37,755 nt of DNA from an uncultured Deinococcales bacterium (GCA_964244895.1 CAXTKV010000025.1:1-37755), one strand, 5' to 3'. Positions 27,456 through 37,514 are shown, counted from the stretch's first letter. Notes: generated from the letters alone by a model not told the origin. Numbers and translations are program-made.

Positions 27456-27899
27456 ATGGGTTACTACATGAGGTTCATCACGACGGATGCTGCCCCGATT
27501 GATCTTGTCAAACTGGGCAAGGTGCTTCAAAACCTGAATGCCAAGTATGCACTCGAGATCGAGGACAACGAGGTGACGCTGTTGTATGGCGACGACACTT
27601 GCGCTGCCATCGAGATCAATCTGCCAGGAGACGGGCTTTTTGAGAATGAAATTGAAGAACTTATCGAGCCTTTAGAAGATCTCGAAGGTCAACAAAAGAA
27701 GCGCGTCCAGTCGGTTCTCGAGAATGCAAAGCAGGTTTTTGCTGTTCAGGTTCTCTCTGCTGCACGTGGTTCCGATGGGACGCTCGACTGCATCGGTCCA
27801 ATCTGGAAACATCTTTTTGAACATCATCAAGGTTTACTTCAGGCTGATGGTGAGGGTTACTACGACGACGCTGAGAATTTGATTCTCGAGGCGGATTGA
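27456..27899 (+). CDS. Hypothetical acidic protein, lower GC
   Basis: 147-aa ORF in a lower-GC patch; TATGCT upstream. Confidence 0.7.
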   Translation: MGYYMRFITTDAAPIDLVKLGKVLQNLNAKYALEIEDNEVTLLYGDDTCAAIEINLPGDGLFENEIEELIEPLEDLEGQQKKRVQSVLENAKQVFAVQVLSAARGSDGTLDCIGPIWKHLFEHHQGLLQADGEGYYDDAENLILEAD

Positions 27900-27920
27900 A
27901 CCCAAAGCGTTCATTTCCGC

Positions 27921-27949
27921 TTGCCCCTGACGCATCTCTGACCTATACT
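27921..27949 (+). promoter_or_regulatory. Promoter of SRP RNA
   Basis: TTGCCC-N17-TATACT a few nt upstream of the RNA 5' end. Confidence 0.75.
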
Positions 27950-27953
27950 CCCT

Positions 27954-28060
27954 GGGCGCTACCGGCGTAACGCGGTGGCGGCTCTCGAACCAGGTCAGAT
28001 CCGGAAGGAAGCAGCCTTAAGAGATGCCCGCCAGGTGCCGTTACCCACCGGTGGCGCACC
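27954..28060 (+). ncRNA. ffs: Signal recognition particle RNA (4.5S, small type)
   Basis: Domain IV motif GGTCAGATCCGGAAGGAAGCAGCC; closing stem GCGCTACCGG (27956-27965) pairs with CCGGTGGCGC (28048-28057). Confidence 0.93.
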
Positions 28061-28073
28061 TTATTGCCGTTTT

Positions 28074-28583
28074 CTAGCGTCTGGGACGAAGAAAGCCGAG
28101 CAGTCCAGATTTTTTGGGGCTCTGTTGGCGCTGGCTGGCGTACTGCTGGAACGGTGAGTTGGTCGGGTAAGAAACCTGGATGCCGCTGGTGGGGGCGCGA
28201 AGGTCGTAGAAACTTTCGATGTTGCCCCACGGGAATTCGTAGGGCGCGTACCGGTTGGTTTGCTGGTAGAGCCACGCGTCATACCAGCGTTTGGATTCGA
28301 TCAAGTCGTCTTCCTGGATCAGAATCTTGCCTTCCAGGTCGTCGGTGCGGCTGATCTGCACGCGGTAGATCATCTCGCGGTACAGCCAGGCTTTGACGGC
28401 GAACAGAATCCCCAGGGAATCGATGGCCATGCCGGCGATGAAGGCGTGATCGAAGGTTTTGTCTTCCAGGTGCACCAGTTCGACGTGTTCGGGTAGCTCG
28501 CTGGCGCGCAGGTTCGGGCTGATGGTCAGGTCGAGTTCCATGACGTAGACCGTGCCGTGGAGGGCATCCAGGATGGGTTTCAT
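28074..28583 (-). CDS. Hypothetical protein (169 aa)
   Basis: ATG overlaps the upstream stop (ATGA); globular-looking sequence with PWGNIESFYD. Confidence 0.7.
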   Translation of the reverse strand: MKPILDALHGTVYVMELDLTISPNLRASELPEHVELVHLEDKTFDHAFIAGMAIDSLGILFAVKAWLYREMIYRVQISRTDDLEGKILIQEDDLIESKRWYDAWLYQQTNRYAPYEFPWGNIESFYDLRAPTSGIQVSYPTNSPFQQYASQRQQSPKKSGLLGFLRPRR

Positions 28584-29533
28584 TCCAGCAACTCCCGGAG
28601 CGTCACGAACGCGTAGCCTCTGGCTTTGAGCGTCTCGAGAATTCGGGGCAGGGCGTCCTGCGTGGCGGGGACTTTCGGGCCGCCGTGGGAGTGCAGCACG
28701 ATGATCGAGCCGTCGCGGACGTGACCCAGGACGTTGTTGACGATCACGTCGGCGTCGCGTTGCCCGCCGTCTCCGCCGACCACGTCCCAGTCCACGACGC
28801 TCAACCCGAGCGCGTGCGCGTCGTCCAGGTCTATTTGGGAGTAGCACCCGCCGGGAAAACGGAAGAAGCGGTTGGGTTTGTGCGTGATGCCCTCCAGGAG
28901 GGTTTTGGTTTTGAGCATCTCGTCGCGTTCCCCGCCGCGCTTGATGCTGAGCAGGCCGTAGCACGCGCCGAAGAACGACGGATGCGAATACGAGTGGTTC
29001 TCGAGCTCAAAGAGGGGGTTGTCGGCGAGCGCTCGGGTTTCTTCGGGGTAAAGTTCAATCCACAATCCGGTCAAAAAGAACGTGGCTTTGACCTGCTCTC
29101 GTTCCAGGATCGCGTAGATGTTGGTGTTGTCGTAAGAGGCCACACGGTGCGTTTGCAGGGCGTGTCTCATGCCGTAGGTCATGTCCGCATCGAAGGTCAA
29201 TGCGATGCGTTTTCGGTCGCGCGGCCCGTGGCCGATCAGTCCGGGCATCTGCGGGTCTTTTGAATTCGTCCACGGGTTCAGCGCTGGCGGGTTCAGCGCT
29301 GGCGGTTTGAGCGTCGGTGCGACCGTGCGCGCTGGGGACGTTAGGGTGGTTGCGGTTCGAGCCTGAACGCTCCGGTTCGGTGGCGCGGTGCGTGCGCTCG
29401 GGCTGGTGCAGGCGGTTGCGCTGATGATCAGCAGTGCGCTCAGGGCGATGGCTCGAGCCTGTGCGCCTGGAACACCGTCCAGCACGCAATTCAGTAAACC
29501 TCGCGCTGGACGGTAGTCCCGAGGTGGCGACAT
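28580..29533 (-). CDS. Polysaccharide deacetylase (NodB/CE4), probable lipoprotein
   Basis: IALTFD, ATFFLTG, ENHSYSH, FRFPGG, GSIIVLH; lipobox ATAC; start uncertain; 15-bp repeat (PPALN) at 29273-29313. Confidence 0.85.
   Translation of the reverse strand: MSPPRDYRPARGLLNCVLDGVPGAQARAIALSALLIISATACTSPSARTAPPNRSVQARTATTLTSPARTVAPTLKPPALNPPALNPWTNSKDPQMPGLIGHGPRDRKRIALTFDADMTYGMRHALQTHRVASYDNTNIYAILEREQVKATFFLTGLWIELYPEETRALADNPLFELENHSYSHPSFFGACYGLLSIKRGGERDEMLKTKTLLEGITHKPNRFFRFPGGCYSQIDLDDAHALGLSVVDWDVVGGDGGQRDADVIVNNVLGHVRDGSIIVLHSHGGPKVPATQDALPRILETLKARGYAFVTLRELLE
29470..29516. repeat. Palindromic family A copy in the predicted deacetylase N-terminus
   Basis: GAACACCGTCCAGCACG...CGCGCTGGACGGTAG. 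Confidence 0.8.
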
Positions 29534-29535
29534 TC

Positions 29536-30057
29536 CTACCAGCCCATTTTCGCGCGCAGGGCCGCGACGTGCGCGACGTGGTGCCTGGAATGCCAGTCGT
29601 AGGTGGCGAGCGCCTGCTCGAGCGTGGTGCACCCGTTGTCCGGGTGGTTGAAGGTTCGTGTCCAACCCGTATCGGGGATGGCGCGCAGCAGCACCGTCCA
29701 GCGCGCGTGGAGCGCCTCGAGCAGCGTCAGGGACACGTCTATCGGCAAACTGGAGTCCGCGAGTTGCGCCCAACCCGCCTCGTCGTAGGGTTTGATCGTC
29801 GGTGCGTCTTCCGTCAACGCGAGCTTCATGCGGGTGTAGGCGTTGATGTGGCTGTCGGGCACGTGGTGCACGACCTGGCGCACCGTCCAGCCGCCATCGC
29901 GGTACGGCGTGTCCAGTTGCGCATCGGTCAGTCCTGCGACCGCCGCGCGCATCGTGGCGGGCGCGTCCTGGATGGTTTGAATCATCGCGGCGCGTTCATC
30001 CGGGGAATACGCGGCCTTGTGCGTCAACGGCCCGACGGGATACCTGGGATCGGTCAC
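29536..30057 (-). CDS. yfiT: YfiT/BstA-like DinB-family metal-dependent thiol transferase
   Basis: DPRYPVG, LDTPYRDGGWTVRQVVHHVPDSH, YDWHSRHHVAH; start 30057 or 30063. Confidence 0.88.
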   Translation of the reverse strand: MTDPRYPVGPLTHKAAYSPDERAAMIQTIQDAPATMRAAVAGLTDAQLDTPYRDGGWTVRQVVHHVPDSHINAYTRMKLALTEDAPTIKPYDEAGWAQLADSSLPIDVSLTLLEALHARWTVLLRAIPDTGWTRTFNHPDNGCTTLEQALATYDWHSRHHVAHVAALRAKMGW

Positions 30058-30193
30058 GGGCACATTCTGCCACGTTCACGGTCAGGACTCGAGCGGATTG
30101 TTCGCAGAGCCGATTCTCGAATGAATCGAATGGTCGCTCGAGTCCGTTGTGCGAAGGCTCGAGCATCTTGACACCGTTATCGAAATGAGGAAT

Positions 30194-30254
30194 AGACCGT
30201 CCTGGACGCGAGATCCTGCTCAGAGGAACGAGTTTGGGTGTCCAGCACGGTCTT
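30194..30254. repeat. Palindromic family A copy
   Basis: AGACCGTCCTGGACGC...GTGTCCAGCACGGTCTTT. Confidence 0.8.
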
Positions 30255-30299
30255 TGTTGCCCTCGAGAAACAGATTTTCAACCCGCAGCGAGGCTCAAA

Positions 30300-31469
30300 T
30301 TACGCTCGGGCGAAACGGATCGCGGCCTTCGCCAGCAACTCCGCCGCCAACGGCAGGGCGCGCTCGTCGTCGATGTCGAAACCGGGGTGGTGGTGCGGCT
30401 TGTCGCGCCCGGTGGCCGGGTCGCTGCTGCCGACGAAGAAATACACGCCGGGCTTGCGCGATAGGAATTCGGCCATGTCGTCGCCACCCATCGTCTGGTC
30501 GGCGTATTCGACGCTGGCGGTGTCCTGCACGGCCTCTATGAACTGGTCGCTGAGTCTGGCGTCGTTGCTGACGGCGGGCGGGCCGTACACCCAGCTGACG
30601 GATGCGGACGCGCCGAAGGCTCGAGCCAGCGATTCCGACATTTCCGTGATGCGCGTTTGCAACCTGGGGCGCAGCGCCTCGTCGAACGTGCGGAGCGTGC
30701 CCAGAAGCTCAGCAGTTTCGGGGATGATGTTGTGCACCCCAGAACCCGCGCGCAGGGTCGCGATCGTGATCACGGCGGGATCGAACGGGTTGACTTCCCT
30801 GGACACGATGCTCTGCAAGGCCGCGATCAAATGCGATCCGACGACAATCGGGTCAGTCCCCTGGTGAGGTGACGCGGCGTGCGCGCCCCTGCCGTGAATG
30901 GTGACGGTGAACGCGTCCGGAGCGGCCATCACCGGGCCGGGTCGCAGGCCGACCCATCCGGCGGGCTTGTCGTTCCAGAGGTGCAAACCCACGCAGGCGT
31001 CGATGCCGTCCATCAGATCGGGTCTGGCCTCGAGCATGGCGAGGGCACCCTGCACGATCTCCTCGGCGGGCTGAAAGACGAAACGGTAGTTTCCGGGCAA
31101 TTCGTCGCGGTTCTGCACCAACAAACTGGCGACGTGCGCGGCGATGCTGGCGTGACCATCGTGCCCGCAGGCGTGCATCTTGCCCGCCGTCAGGGACGCG
31201 TAACTCGCGCCCGTGGCTTCCAGGATCGGCAGCGCGTCGATATCGGCTCGCACCAGCACGGTCTTGCCGGGTCGCGCGCCGCGCAATTCCGCGATCAATC
31301 CCGTGCCGCCCACGCCGCGCTGCACCGTCAGGCCCAGCTTTTCCAGGTGATCCGCCAGGATGCCCGCCGTGCGGTGCTCCTCGAAGGCCAGTTCCGGGTG
31401 CTGGTGTAGGTCGCGCCGCATGGCGATCATGCTCATGGATAGGTCGTTGACGCCCTGTTTGATGTTCAT
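30300..31469 (-). CDS. M20D family amidohydrolase
   Basis: RRDLHQHPELAFEE, RADIDALP, MHACGHDGH, FQPAEE, HHPGFD. Confidence 0.92.
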   Translation of the reverse strand: MNIKQGVNDLSMSMIAMRRDLHQHPELAFEEHRTAGILADHLEKLGLTVQRGVGGTGLIAELRGARPGKTVLVRADIDALPILEATGASYASLTAGKMHACGHDGHASIAAHVASLLVQNRDELPGNYRFVFQPAEEIVQGALAMLEARPDLMDGIDACVGLHLWNDKPAGWVGLRPGPVMAAPDAFTVTIHGRGAHAASPHQGTDPIVVGSHLIAALQSIVSREVNPFDPAVITIATLRAGSGVHNIIPETAELLGTLRTFDEALRPRLQTRITEMSESLARAFGASASVSWVYGPPAVSNDARLSDQFIEAVQDTASVEYADQTMGGDDMAEFLSRKPGVYFFVGSSDPATGRDKPHHHPGFDIDDERALPLAAELLAKAAIRFARA

Positions 31470-31594
31470 GGGTCAGTCTAACGCGGGCGGCGCAAAGTCC
31501 TCGCATGAAATGAGGAAGTTGTTCAGAGGGATCGGAGTACGGCGACCCCTCGGTCTCTCACGTCGCGCAGCGGGTATCTCGAGATGCGCGGATC

Positions 31595-31643
31595 GAGACC
31601 GTCCAGCACACGGTTCGAGCATCGCGTGGCCAACGGTCTTCTC
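31595..31643. repeat. Palindromic family A copy (degenerate)
   Basis: GAGACCGTCCAGCAC...GTGGCCAACGGTCTTCTC. Confidence 0.65.
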
Positions 31644-31649
31644 GGGTGC

Positions 31650-32225
31650 TCAGGACTGACCTTTGAGGGCTCGGCTGCGCAGCTTCTCGATCTCGGCCAG
31701 CACGTCCTCGGGTCTGGTTTCCATCTCCAGGTCGGCCAGGTCGCTGGCGGCGCTATCCTCGATGCCGAGCTTGGCCTGGATCGCGTCGAGCATCTGAAGC
31801 ACGCGCGTGGTCTCGTGCTCGTTCAACAACCCGACTTGCAGGTGCAGATCGGCGCGGCTTTCCTGGAGTTCCGCCATGCGGTTCTGGCTGATCAGCACGA
31901 AGGTCGAAAGAAAAATCGCCTCGAGCGAGACGATCATCGTCAAGAGCCCGTAAGGGAAAGGGTCGAAGGGTTTGATGCCCAGGCGTCCCGTGTTCAACAA
32001 AATCCACGCGCCGAACCAGGCGACGTGGACGTATACGAACGTCAGCCGCCCCGAGAAGTTCGTGATCACGTCCGCGATCCGATCTTGCGGACTGCGTTCC
32101 CGCGTGGCCTTGAGGCGCAGCTTGAGCAGGGTTCTGATGTTGCGCTCGATCACCCTGGAGAGCGCCGGGTTGTCCTGGTCGGTGTCGGTCTGGCTGGCCC
32201 TCTTTTTCGGGAACAGGATGGACAT
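31650..32225 (-). CDS. DUF1003 membrane protein
   Basis: FDPFPYGLL..IVSLEAIF....LISQNR motif. Confidence 0.88.
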   Translation of the reverse strand: MSILFPKKRASQTDTDQDNPALSRVIERNIRTLLKLRLKATRERSPQDRIADVITNFSGRLTFVYVHVAWFGAWILLNTGRLGIKPFDPFPYGLLTMIVSLEAIFLSTFVLISQNRMAELQESRADLHLQVGLLNEHETTRVLQMLDAIQAKLGIEDSAASDLADLEMETRPEDVLAEIEKLRSRALKGQS

Positions 32226-32295
32226 GCCTTGAGGCTAGTCGAAACCAGTGGCGCACAGATGAAAGCTGCTCCGCTCCGATCATCGCGCTCGAGCG

Positions 32296-32352
32296 CACCG
32301 TCCCGGACGGGTTTTTTTGAACACAAGAAACACCGTTCTATACGGCGTTCTC
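32296..32352. repeat. Palindromic family A, two cores
   Basis: CACCGTCCCGGACGGG and GAAACACCGTTCTATACGGCGTTCTC. Confidence 0.75.
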
Positions 32353-32355
32353 GGG

Positions 32356-33588
32356 CTAGCGATAGACGCCCGTGTGCCCCAGCGAATACCGTCCGGGTTG
32401 CGGGAAGTACGACAGTCCGTGCGGGCCGCGTCCGACCTTGATGCGCCGCAGGAACGCGCCCTTGACGGTGTCGAAGACGTAAACCTCGTCGCTGTAGCGC
32501 GCGGAAAGCCACAGTTGCGTGCCGTCCGCGCTGACGCTGCCCATGTCGGGGCTGCCGCCGCCCGGAATGACCCATTTGGCGATCACGGTGCGCGTGGCGA
32601 AGTCCAGCACGCTGACCGTGCCTTCGCCCCGGTTCGAGATGTAGAGGTCTTTGGCGTCGCGGCTCGGGTAGATGCCGTGCGCGCCCTTGCCAGTCGGGAT
32701 GAAACCGATTTTCTCGAGCGTTTCGCCATCGATCAGGTACAGGCCGTTCGCCATCATGTCAGCCACGTAGAACACGCTGCCATCCGGCGAGAGTTTCACG
32801 TCCTGCGGCATGCCACCGACGTGAAGCTGCCCGATGACCTCGCGCTTTTCCACGTCGATCTTGAGAATCTCGCCGCTGAACTCGCAGGCGGCGATCAGGT
32901 AACGCCCGTCGGCGCTGAAATCCATGTGGTTGATGCCCTTGCACGGCACGCGCAGGCTGAAGTCTTTTTGCATGGTCTGCGGGTTCATGAAATCCAGCCG
33001 ACGCTGGTATTCGGCCACCACGATGGCGTACTGACCGTCCGGTGTGAAGTACAAATTGTAGGGGTCTTGCACTTTGACGGGTGCGCCGGGCGCGCTGGTG
33101 GCGGGATTGATCGGAATCAGGGTGTGGCCTTTGTCATCCGCGACCCACAGCGTCTTCAGATCCCACGATGGCACGACGTGCTGCGGTTCGTCCTGCACGG
33201 GGAAGGTGCTGATGACCTCGAAAGTTGCGGGGTCGATCACGCTGACCGTATCGGATTTGCCGTTGGGTACGTAGACGCGCGCTGGGATGTCCTTGACGGC
33301 GGGCGCGAGCATGCCTTTTTGCGTGAAGGCGTAAATGTTTTTCGGGTCGTAGGCGGGCATTCCGGGCAAGCCCTCGACCAGTTTCGTGCCGTCGGGTGCG
33401 GTCAGGTCAATCGTATTCGAGATGGCTGGTTTCGGAGTCGCCGGGCTCGAGGCGGTCAAGCTCGAGGCGGTCGGGCTCGAGGCGGTCGAGGTCGTGTTGA
33501 CCGGGTCGGATCGTCTGGCTTGCATGGCCGCCAATGCACCCACCGCGACGACCGCAACGACGGCGAGCATCACCAGAAATCGGTTCAA
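32356..33588 (-). CDS. Secreted YVTN/YncE-type beta-propeller protein
   Basis: Signal peptide; repeated VYV.N..S.TVSVID blades; 15-bp x3 repeat (TASS) at 33445-33487. Confidence 0.85.
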   Translation of the reverse strand: MNRFLVMLAVVAVVAVGALAAMQARRSDPVNTTSTASSPTASSLTASSPATPKPAISNTIDLTAPDGTKLVEGLPGMPAYDPKNIYAFTQKGMLAPAVKDIPARVYVPNGKSDTVSVIDPATFEVISTFPVQDEPQHVVPSWDLKTLWVADDKGHTLIPINPATSAPGAPVKVQDPYNLYFTPDGQYAIVVAEYQRRLDFMNPQTMQKDFSLRVPCKGINHMDFSADGRYLIAACEFSGEILKIDVEKREVIGQLHVGGMPQDVKLSPDGSVFYVADMMANGLYLIDGETLEKIGFIPTGKGAHGIYPSRDAKDLYISNRGEGTVSVLDFATRTVIAKWVIPGGGSPDMGSVSADGTQLWLSARYSDEVYVFDTVKGAFLRRIKVGRGPHGLSYFPQPGRYSLGHTGVYR

Positions 33589-33619
33589 GGGTTCTCCCGG
33601 AACGAGGGCGCGTTTCGTC

Positions 33620-34171
33620 TCACCGCGCCGTGACGCCCATCAGTTTGGCCTCGAGCAACTTGTGACGCTTGATCGCGTCGTGGACTTCCGTCAGGCTCGC
33701 TCCGGCTTTCAACCCCAGGCTGGGCGCGTCGATTGCGTACAGGTCGAAGTAAACGCGGTGCGGTTTGCCTCCCGCGATGGGGCACGGGCCGCTGTAGCCA
33801 AGCTTCCCAGCGCTGTTGCGACCCTGTTTGAAATCTGCGACCGTCGCGCCCGCGGGCACGGCTTCGGGCATTCCAGTCGCGGTGGCGGGAATGTCGTAGA
33901 CCACCCAACTGGCCGCCAGGCCGCCTGGTGCATCGTCCCAGCCTAGGATCGCGAAGCTTTTCGTGCCGACTGGCGGCGCGGAAAATATCAAGGGCGGGTT
34001 GACGCTGGCGCTGGCGCAGGTGTACTTCGCGGACATCGTCTGACCCGCTTTGTACGCGCTGCTCGAGACGGTGAAGCTCTGCGCGGCCTGCGCCACGAAC
34101 GGAACGACCGCGATCAGCACCATCGCGGTGACTCGAGGCCAGAAGGGAGCGGGAATACGGGATTTGAGCAC
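33620..34171 (-). CDS. YbhB/YbcL (PEBP) family protein, secreted
   Basis: YTC....NPPL, WVVYDIP, GYSGPCP, H...F.LYA; leaderless GTG 6 nt after TAACAT. Confidence 0.85.
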   Translation of the reverse strand: MLKSRIPAPFWPRVTAMVLIAVVPFVAQAAQSFTVSSSAYKAGQTMSAKYTCASASVNPPLIFSAPPVGTKSFAILGWDDAPGGLAASWVVYDIPATATGMPEAVPAGATVADFKQGRNSAGKLGYSGPCPIAGGKPHRVYFDLYAIDAPSLGLKAGASLTEVHDAIKRHKLLEAKLMGVTAR

Positions 34172-34233
34172 ACGAGGATGTTAAGGTGCGCCCGTGGAAA
34201 CGAGATGAAAGCCCATTCTCGCTGCCCGTAAAC

Positions 34234-34284
34234 GAGAACACCGTCCGGGACGCATGATAAAATACGCGTCCTGGACGGTGTTTT
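34234..34284. repeat. Palindromic family A copy
   Basis: GAGAACACCGTCCGGGACGC...GCGTCCTGGACGGTGTTTT. Confidence 0.88.
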
Positions 34285-34296
34285 TAGGTATTTACC

Positions 34297-34785
34297 TCAC
34301 GGAAAAATCGGCAGGTTCATGGCTTTCAGGCTGGCGTAGGTCACGCGCCAACCCGTGCTGGGGTCGGCCTGAAGTTGCGCCGTACCCGAACGCGTGGCCG
34401 TGATGGTCGTACCGGAACCCTCGATGGTCGCGACCAGGCGGTAACGCACGCTGGCCTGTCCGCCCTGAACGCGCGTGGCGGTGGCGTCCAGCGTGTAGCC
34501 CTTGAGCTTGCCGCCCTGCGCGAAGCTGCTCGGCGCGCCCGCCACGAAACGCGCGGACCAGTTCAGGTCATCGCAGCTCAGGCCCGCGAAGACCTGCTCG
34601 AGCGCGTTGCTGGCCAGCCGCGCGCTGGATTCGACCTGTGGCCGATCCAGGCCGGACACCTGATTGATGGCCTCCGATGCCCAATGGCACGGTGGCACGT
34701 CCACGAAACCGCCCTGACTGCGGGCGCTGAAGCTCAGCCCGAAGGCCGCCGAGACGAGAACGAGGCTTGCGAGATGTCGTTTCAT
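34297..34785 (-). CDS. Secreted protein with partial SLH-like motif
   Basis: Signal peptide then FVDVPPCHWASEAI; AGGAGG RBS. Confidence 0.7.
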   Translation of the reverse strand: MKRHLASLVLVSAAFGLSFSARSQGGFVDVPPCHWASEAINQVSGLDRPQVESSARLASNALEQVFAGLSCDDLNWSARFVAGAPSSFAQGGKLKGYTLDATATRVQGGQASVRYRLVATIEGSGTTITATRSGTAQLQADPSTGWRVTYASLKAMNLPIFP

Positions 34786-35056
34786 ACGTCCTCCTGGAGT
34801 GCTGCCGGATGGATCTCGAAATGCGCGGCTTCTCGAGATTAGGGGGTTTAGGATGCCCGCGCCGTGACGAATGGCACCGAGTGAGATCGACGCAACGATC
34901 CCGTCAACTGGAACAGCGATTTTTCCCGTCTGGAACGAATAACTTTGTTCAGGTGGGAATCAGATTGGTTTCAGTGTCGGCACAGTTCGGTCGCCTAAAT
35001 TTACCCCATCCGATGATTGATCGGCTGACCCGGTCGAGCCGGGCGGAGGGGTAAAC

Positions 35057-35677
35057 GTGTACGAAGCAGAAGCCAGCATAGATATCAGTGCAAATCCACA
35101 GACTGCCTGGGCGTACGTCTCGAATTACCAGAATTTCGACAAGATCATGTCGAACGTCAAAGAAGTCAAGATGCTGGACGCCGACACATCAGAGTGGCAC
35201 ATGTCGGGGCCTTTGGGTATTCCAGTTTCCTGGAAAGCTGTGACTACGGAAAACACGCCGTTGCGCCGCCTGGCGTGGCGTTCCACCGAGGGATCGCTCG
35301 AGAACCAGGGGTTCATCAGCCTAGAACCTCAGGGCAACGGCTCACGCGTGACCGTCCACGTCGAGTACACACCGCCGTTGGGCGCGGTCGGTGAGGCGGT
35401 GGCGAACCTGTTCAAAGACCCGCAGAAAATGCTCGAGCACGACCTGGCGCAGCTCGATGGGTTGATCGTCGGTACGACCACCGTCGACCCCGCAGTGAAT
35501 CGTGGGCCGGGTGGCATGGAGAACTTCGAACGGGTGGCCGAACGCGGCGAGAAGGTCGCTGCCCTCGGAGATATTCCTTCGCCCGGCGGCATGACCGGGT
35601 ACGGGATCGCGGACCGCGAGGCCCGCTCGGATCTCGATCCGGAAGTGGAGGGCGATATCGCCAGGAAAACGCGCTGA
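35057..35677 (+). CDS. SRPBCC (cyclase/dehydrase) family protein
   Basis: NF..IM.NV.EV, S.W...GPLG..VSW.A, LAWRS..G, Y.PP.G..G; GGAGG RBS. Confidence 0.85.
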   Translation: MYEAEASIDISANPQTAWAYVSNYQNFDKIMSNVKEVKMLDADTSEWHMSGPLGIPVSWKAVTTENTPLRRLAWRSTEGSLENQGFISLEPQGNGSRVTVHVEYTPPLGAVGEAVANLFKDPQKMLEHDLAQLDGLIVGTTTVDPAVNRGPGGMENFERVAERGEKVAALGDIPSPGGMTGYGIADREARSDLDPEVEGDIARKTR

Positions 35678-35770
35678 ACCGATCCGCCACCGGTTCCTCC
35701 GATTCGCGTTTCACGCCCACGCAAACCGATGCTCAGACATCGATGAATCACCGAAGAAACTAGGAGAAAA

Positions 35771-36811
35771 ATGTTGACCACACAAGCAACCACCGCCATC
35801 AACCGAGAAGGAACCATCATGCCGCGCATCAGTTGGACGGGCGTGCTGGCGGGCACGGTCGCCGGACTCGTGACCCAGGCTGCGCTCGTCGTACTCGGGC
35901 TGGCCATCGGGCTGGTGTCGGTCAGCAGCCTCGAGAACCTCGGCGGGGTAGCCATCACTGCGGGGATCTGGCTGGCGCTTTCGTGGGCCGTGGCCGCGTT
36001 CGTCGGGGGGTTGACCGCAGCGCGGGCGGCAGGGTATCTGACGCCCAGGCAGGGTCGCTTCAACGGCCTGTTGACTGGCATGGTGACGCTGCTCGTTTCG
36101 ACCTTGTTCACCGCCAGCCTGCTCGCCAGCGCGGTGGATCGGGTGACTGGTACGGCCCGCGATGTCGCGGGGGCGGCGGTCAGCGCCGTCGGCGGTGCAG
36201 CTTCGGCCACGGGCGGCGCGGTGGCGCAAAACGGTGGCCTGGCCGGAACCTTGCAGTCGCTCGGGCTGGGCGACGCGTATCAGGCGATCACGTCCGGATT
36301 GAGCGACAACGAACTGAACCAGATCATTGCCGATGCCTCGCCGGAACTGAACCAGACCCAGGTAGCGGCGGCCACGGGCGTGATTCGTGGCATCGTCAGC
36401 AACGCCAGCCGCGATTTGGGGACGGCCTTGCAGAACCCGAGCGCGCTGCCGGACTTCGTTTCTAACCGCGCGGACGCGGTCGCTAAAGCGCTTTCGGGCG
36501 ATCAATTCGTGAGTCGCCTTCAACGGCGCGGCCTGAGCCAAGCGCAGGCGCAACAGGTGGCCAAAGTCATTGCGCAGCGCGTCACTGACCTTCGGGCGCA
36601 GGGCGAACAGGCGGCCAAAGCGGCCAGCGACCAGGCGGCCCAGATCGCTAGGGACACGGCTTCTGCGGCGGGTAAGGCGGCCTGGATCTGGCTGCTCCTG
36701 GCCGGTCTGGTGATGGGACTCTCGAGCTTCGGCGGCAGCTTCGGCAAGGACGTCGATCCCAACCTGACCGAAACCGTCGTCGGCAGCAGCTTCGAGGCGC
36801 GCCGAACCTGA
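35771..36811 (+). CDS. Hypothetical membrane protein with Ala/Gln-rich helical region
   Basis: RISWTGVLAG N-terminus, four TM segments; AGGAG RBS. Confidence 0.75.
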   Translation: MLTTQATTAINREGTIMPRISWTGVLAGTVAGLVTQAALVVLGLAIGLVSVSSLENLGGVAITAGIWLALSWAVAAFVGGLTAARAAGYLTPRQGRFNGLLTGMVTLLVSTLFTASLLASAVDRVTGTARDVAGAAVSAVGGAASATGGAVAQNGGLAGTLQSLGLGDAYQAITSGLSDNELNQIIADASPELNQTQVAAATGVIRGIVSNASRDLGTALQNPSALPDFVSNRADAVAKALSGDQFVSRLQRRGLSQAQAQQVAKVIAQRVTDLRAQGEQAAKAASDQAAQIARDTASAAGKAAWIWLLLAGLVMGLSSFGGSFGKDVDPNLTETVVGSSFEARRT

Positions 36812-36933
36812 GCTTCGAGGCGCGCGGTAGGCTCTGGGACTGCGGATTCGGAACCTGAACCGTGAGCGCCTAGCCCGACTCCAGCAGGCTCGAGATCTCT
36901 CGCTCGAGCCTGCTCTGATGTAGCATTTCACTC

Positions 36934-37365
<432 letters not shown>

Positions 37366-37388
37366 ACCCGTCCAGCTCGAGCGGGGTG

Positions 37389-37514
37389 GAATAGACCTCT
37401 TGGGAAATTCAGTCTCGAGCACGTCTTCATGCGAAGGCAACCATAAAGGTTGCCCCTACAGGACAGGGTTGTGTAGGTATCCCTACCACGTGTTCGATCA
37501 CGTTCGCTGAAGTC
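37389..37514. mobile_element. MITE-like element, copy 2
   Basis: Shares GAATAGACCTCTTG, TCAGTCTCGAGCACGTCTTCA, GGCAACCATAAAGGTTGCCCCTACAGGA and ACGTGTTCGATCAC with 12311-12448; right TIR degraded. Confidence 0.7.

Noticed and set aside
29273..29313. 15-bp tandem repeats here and at 33445-33487 as mobile elements
   Set aside because: Ordinary low-complexity linker expansions after signal peptides; unrelated to each other.
36812..36933. Cobalamin riboswitch before the mutase subunit
   Set aside because: No B12-box motifs and the gene appears leaderless.
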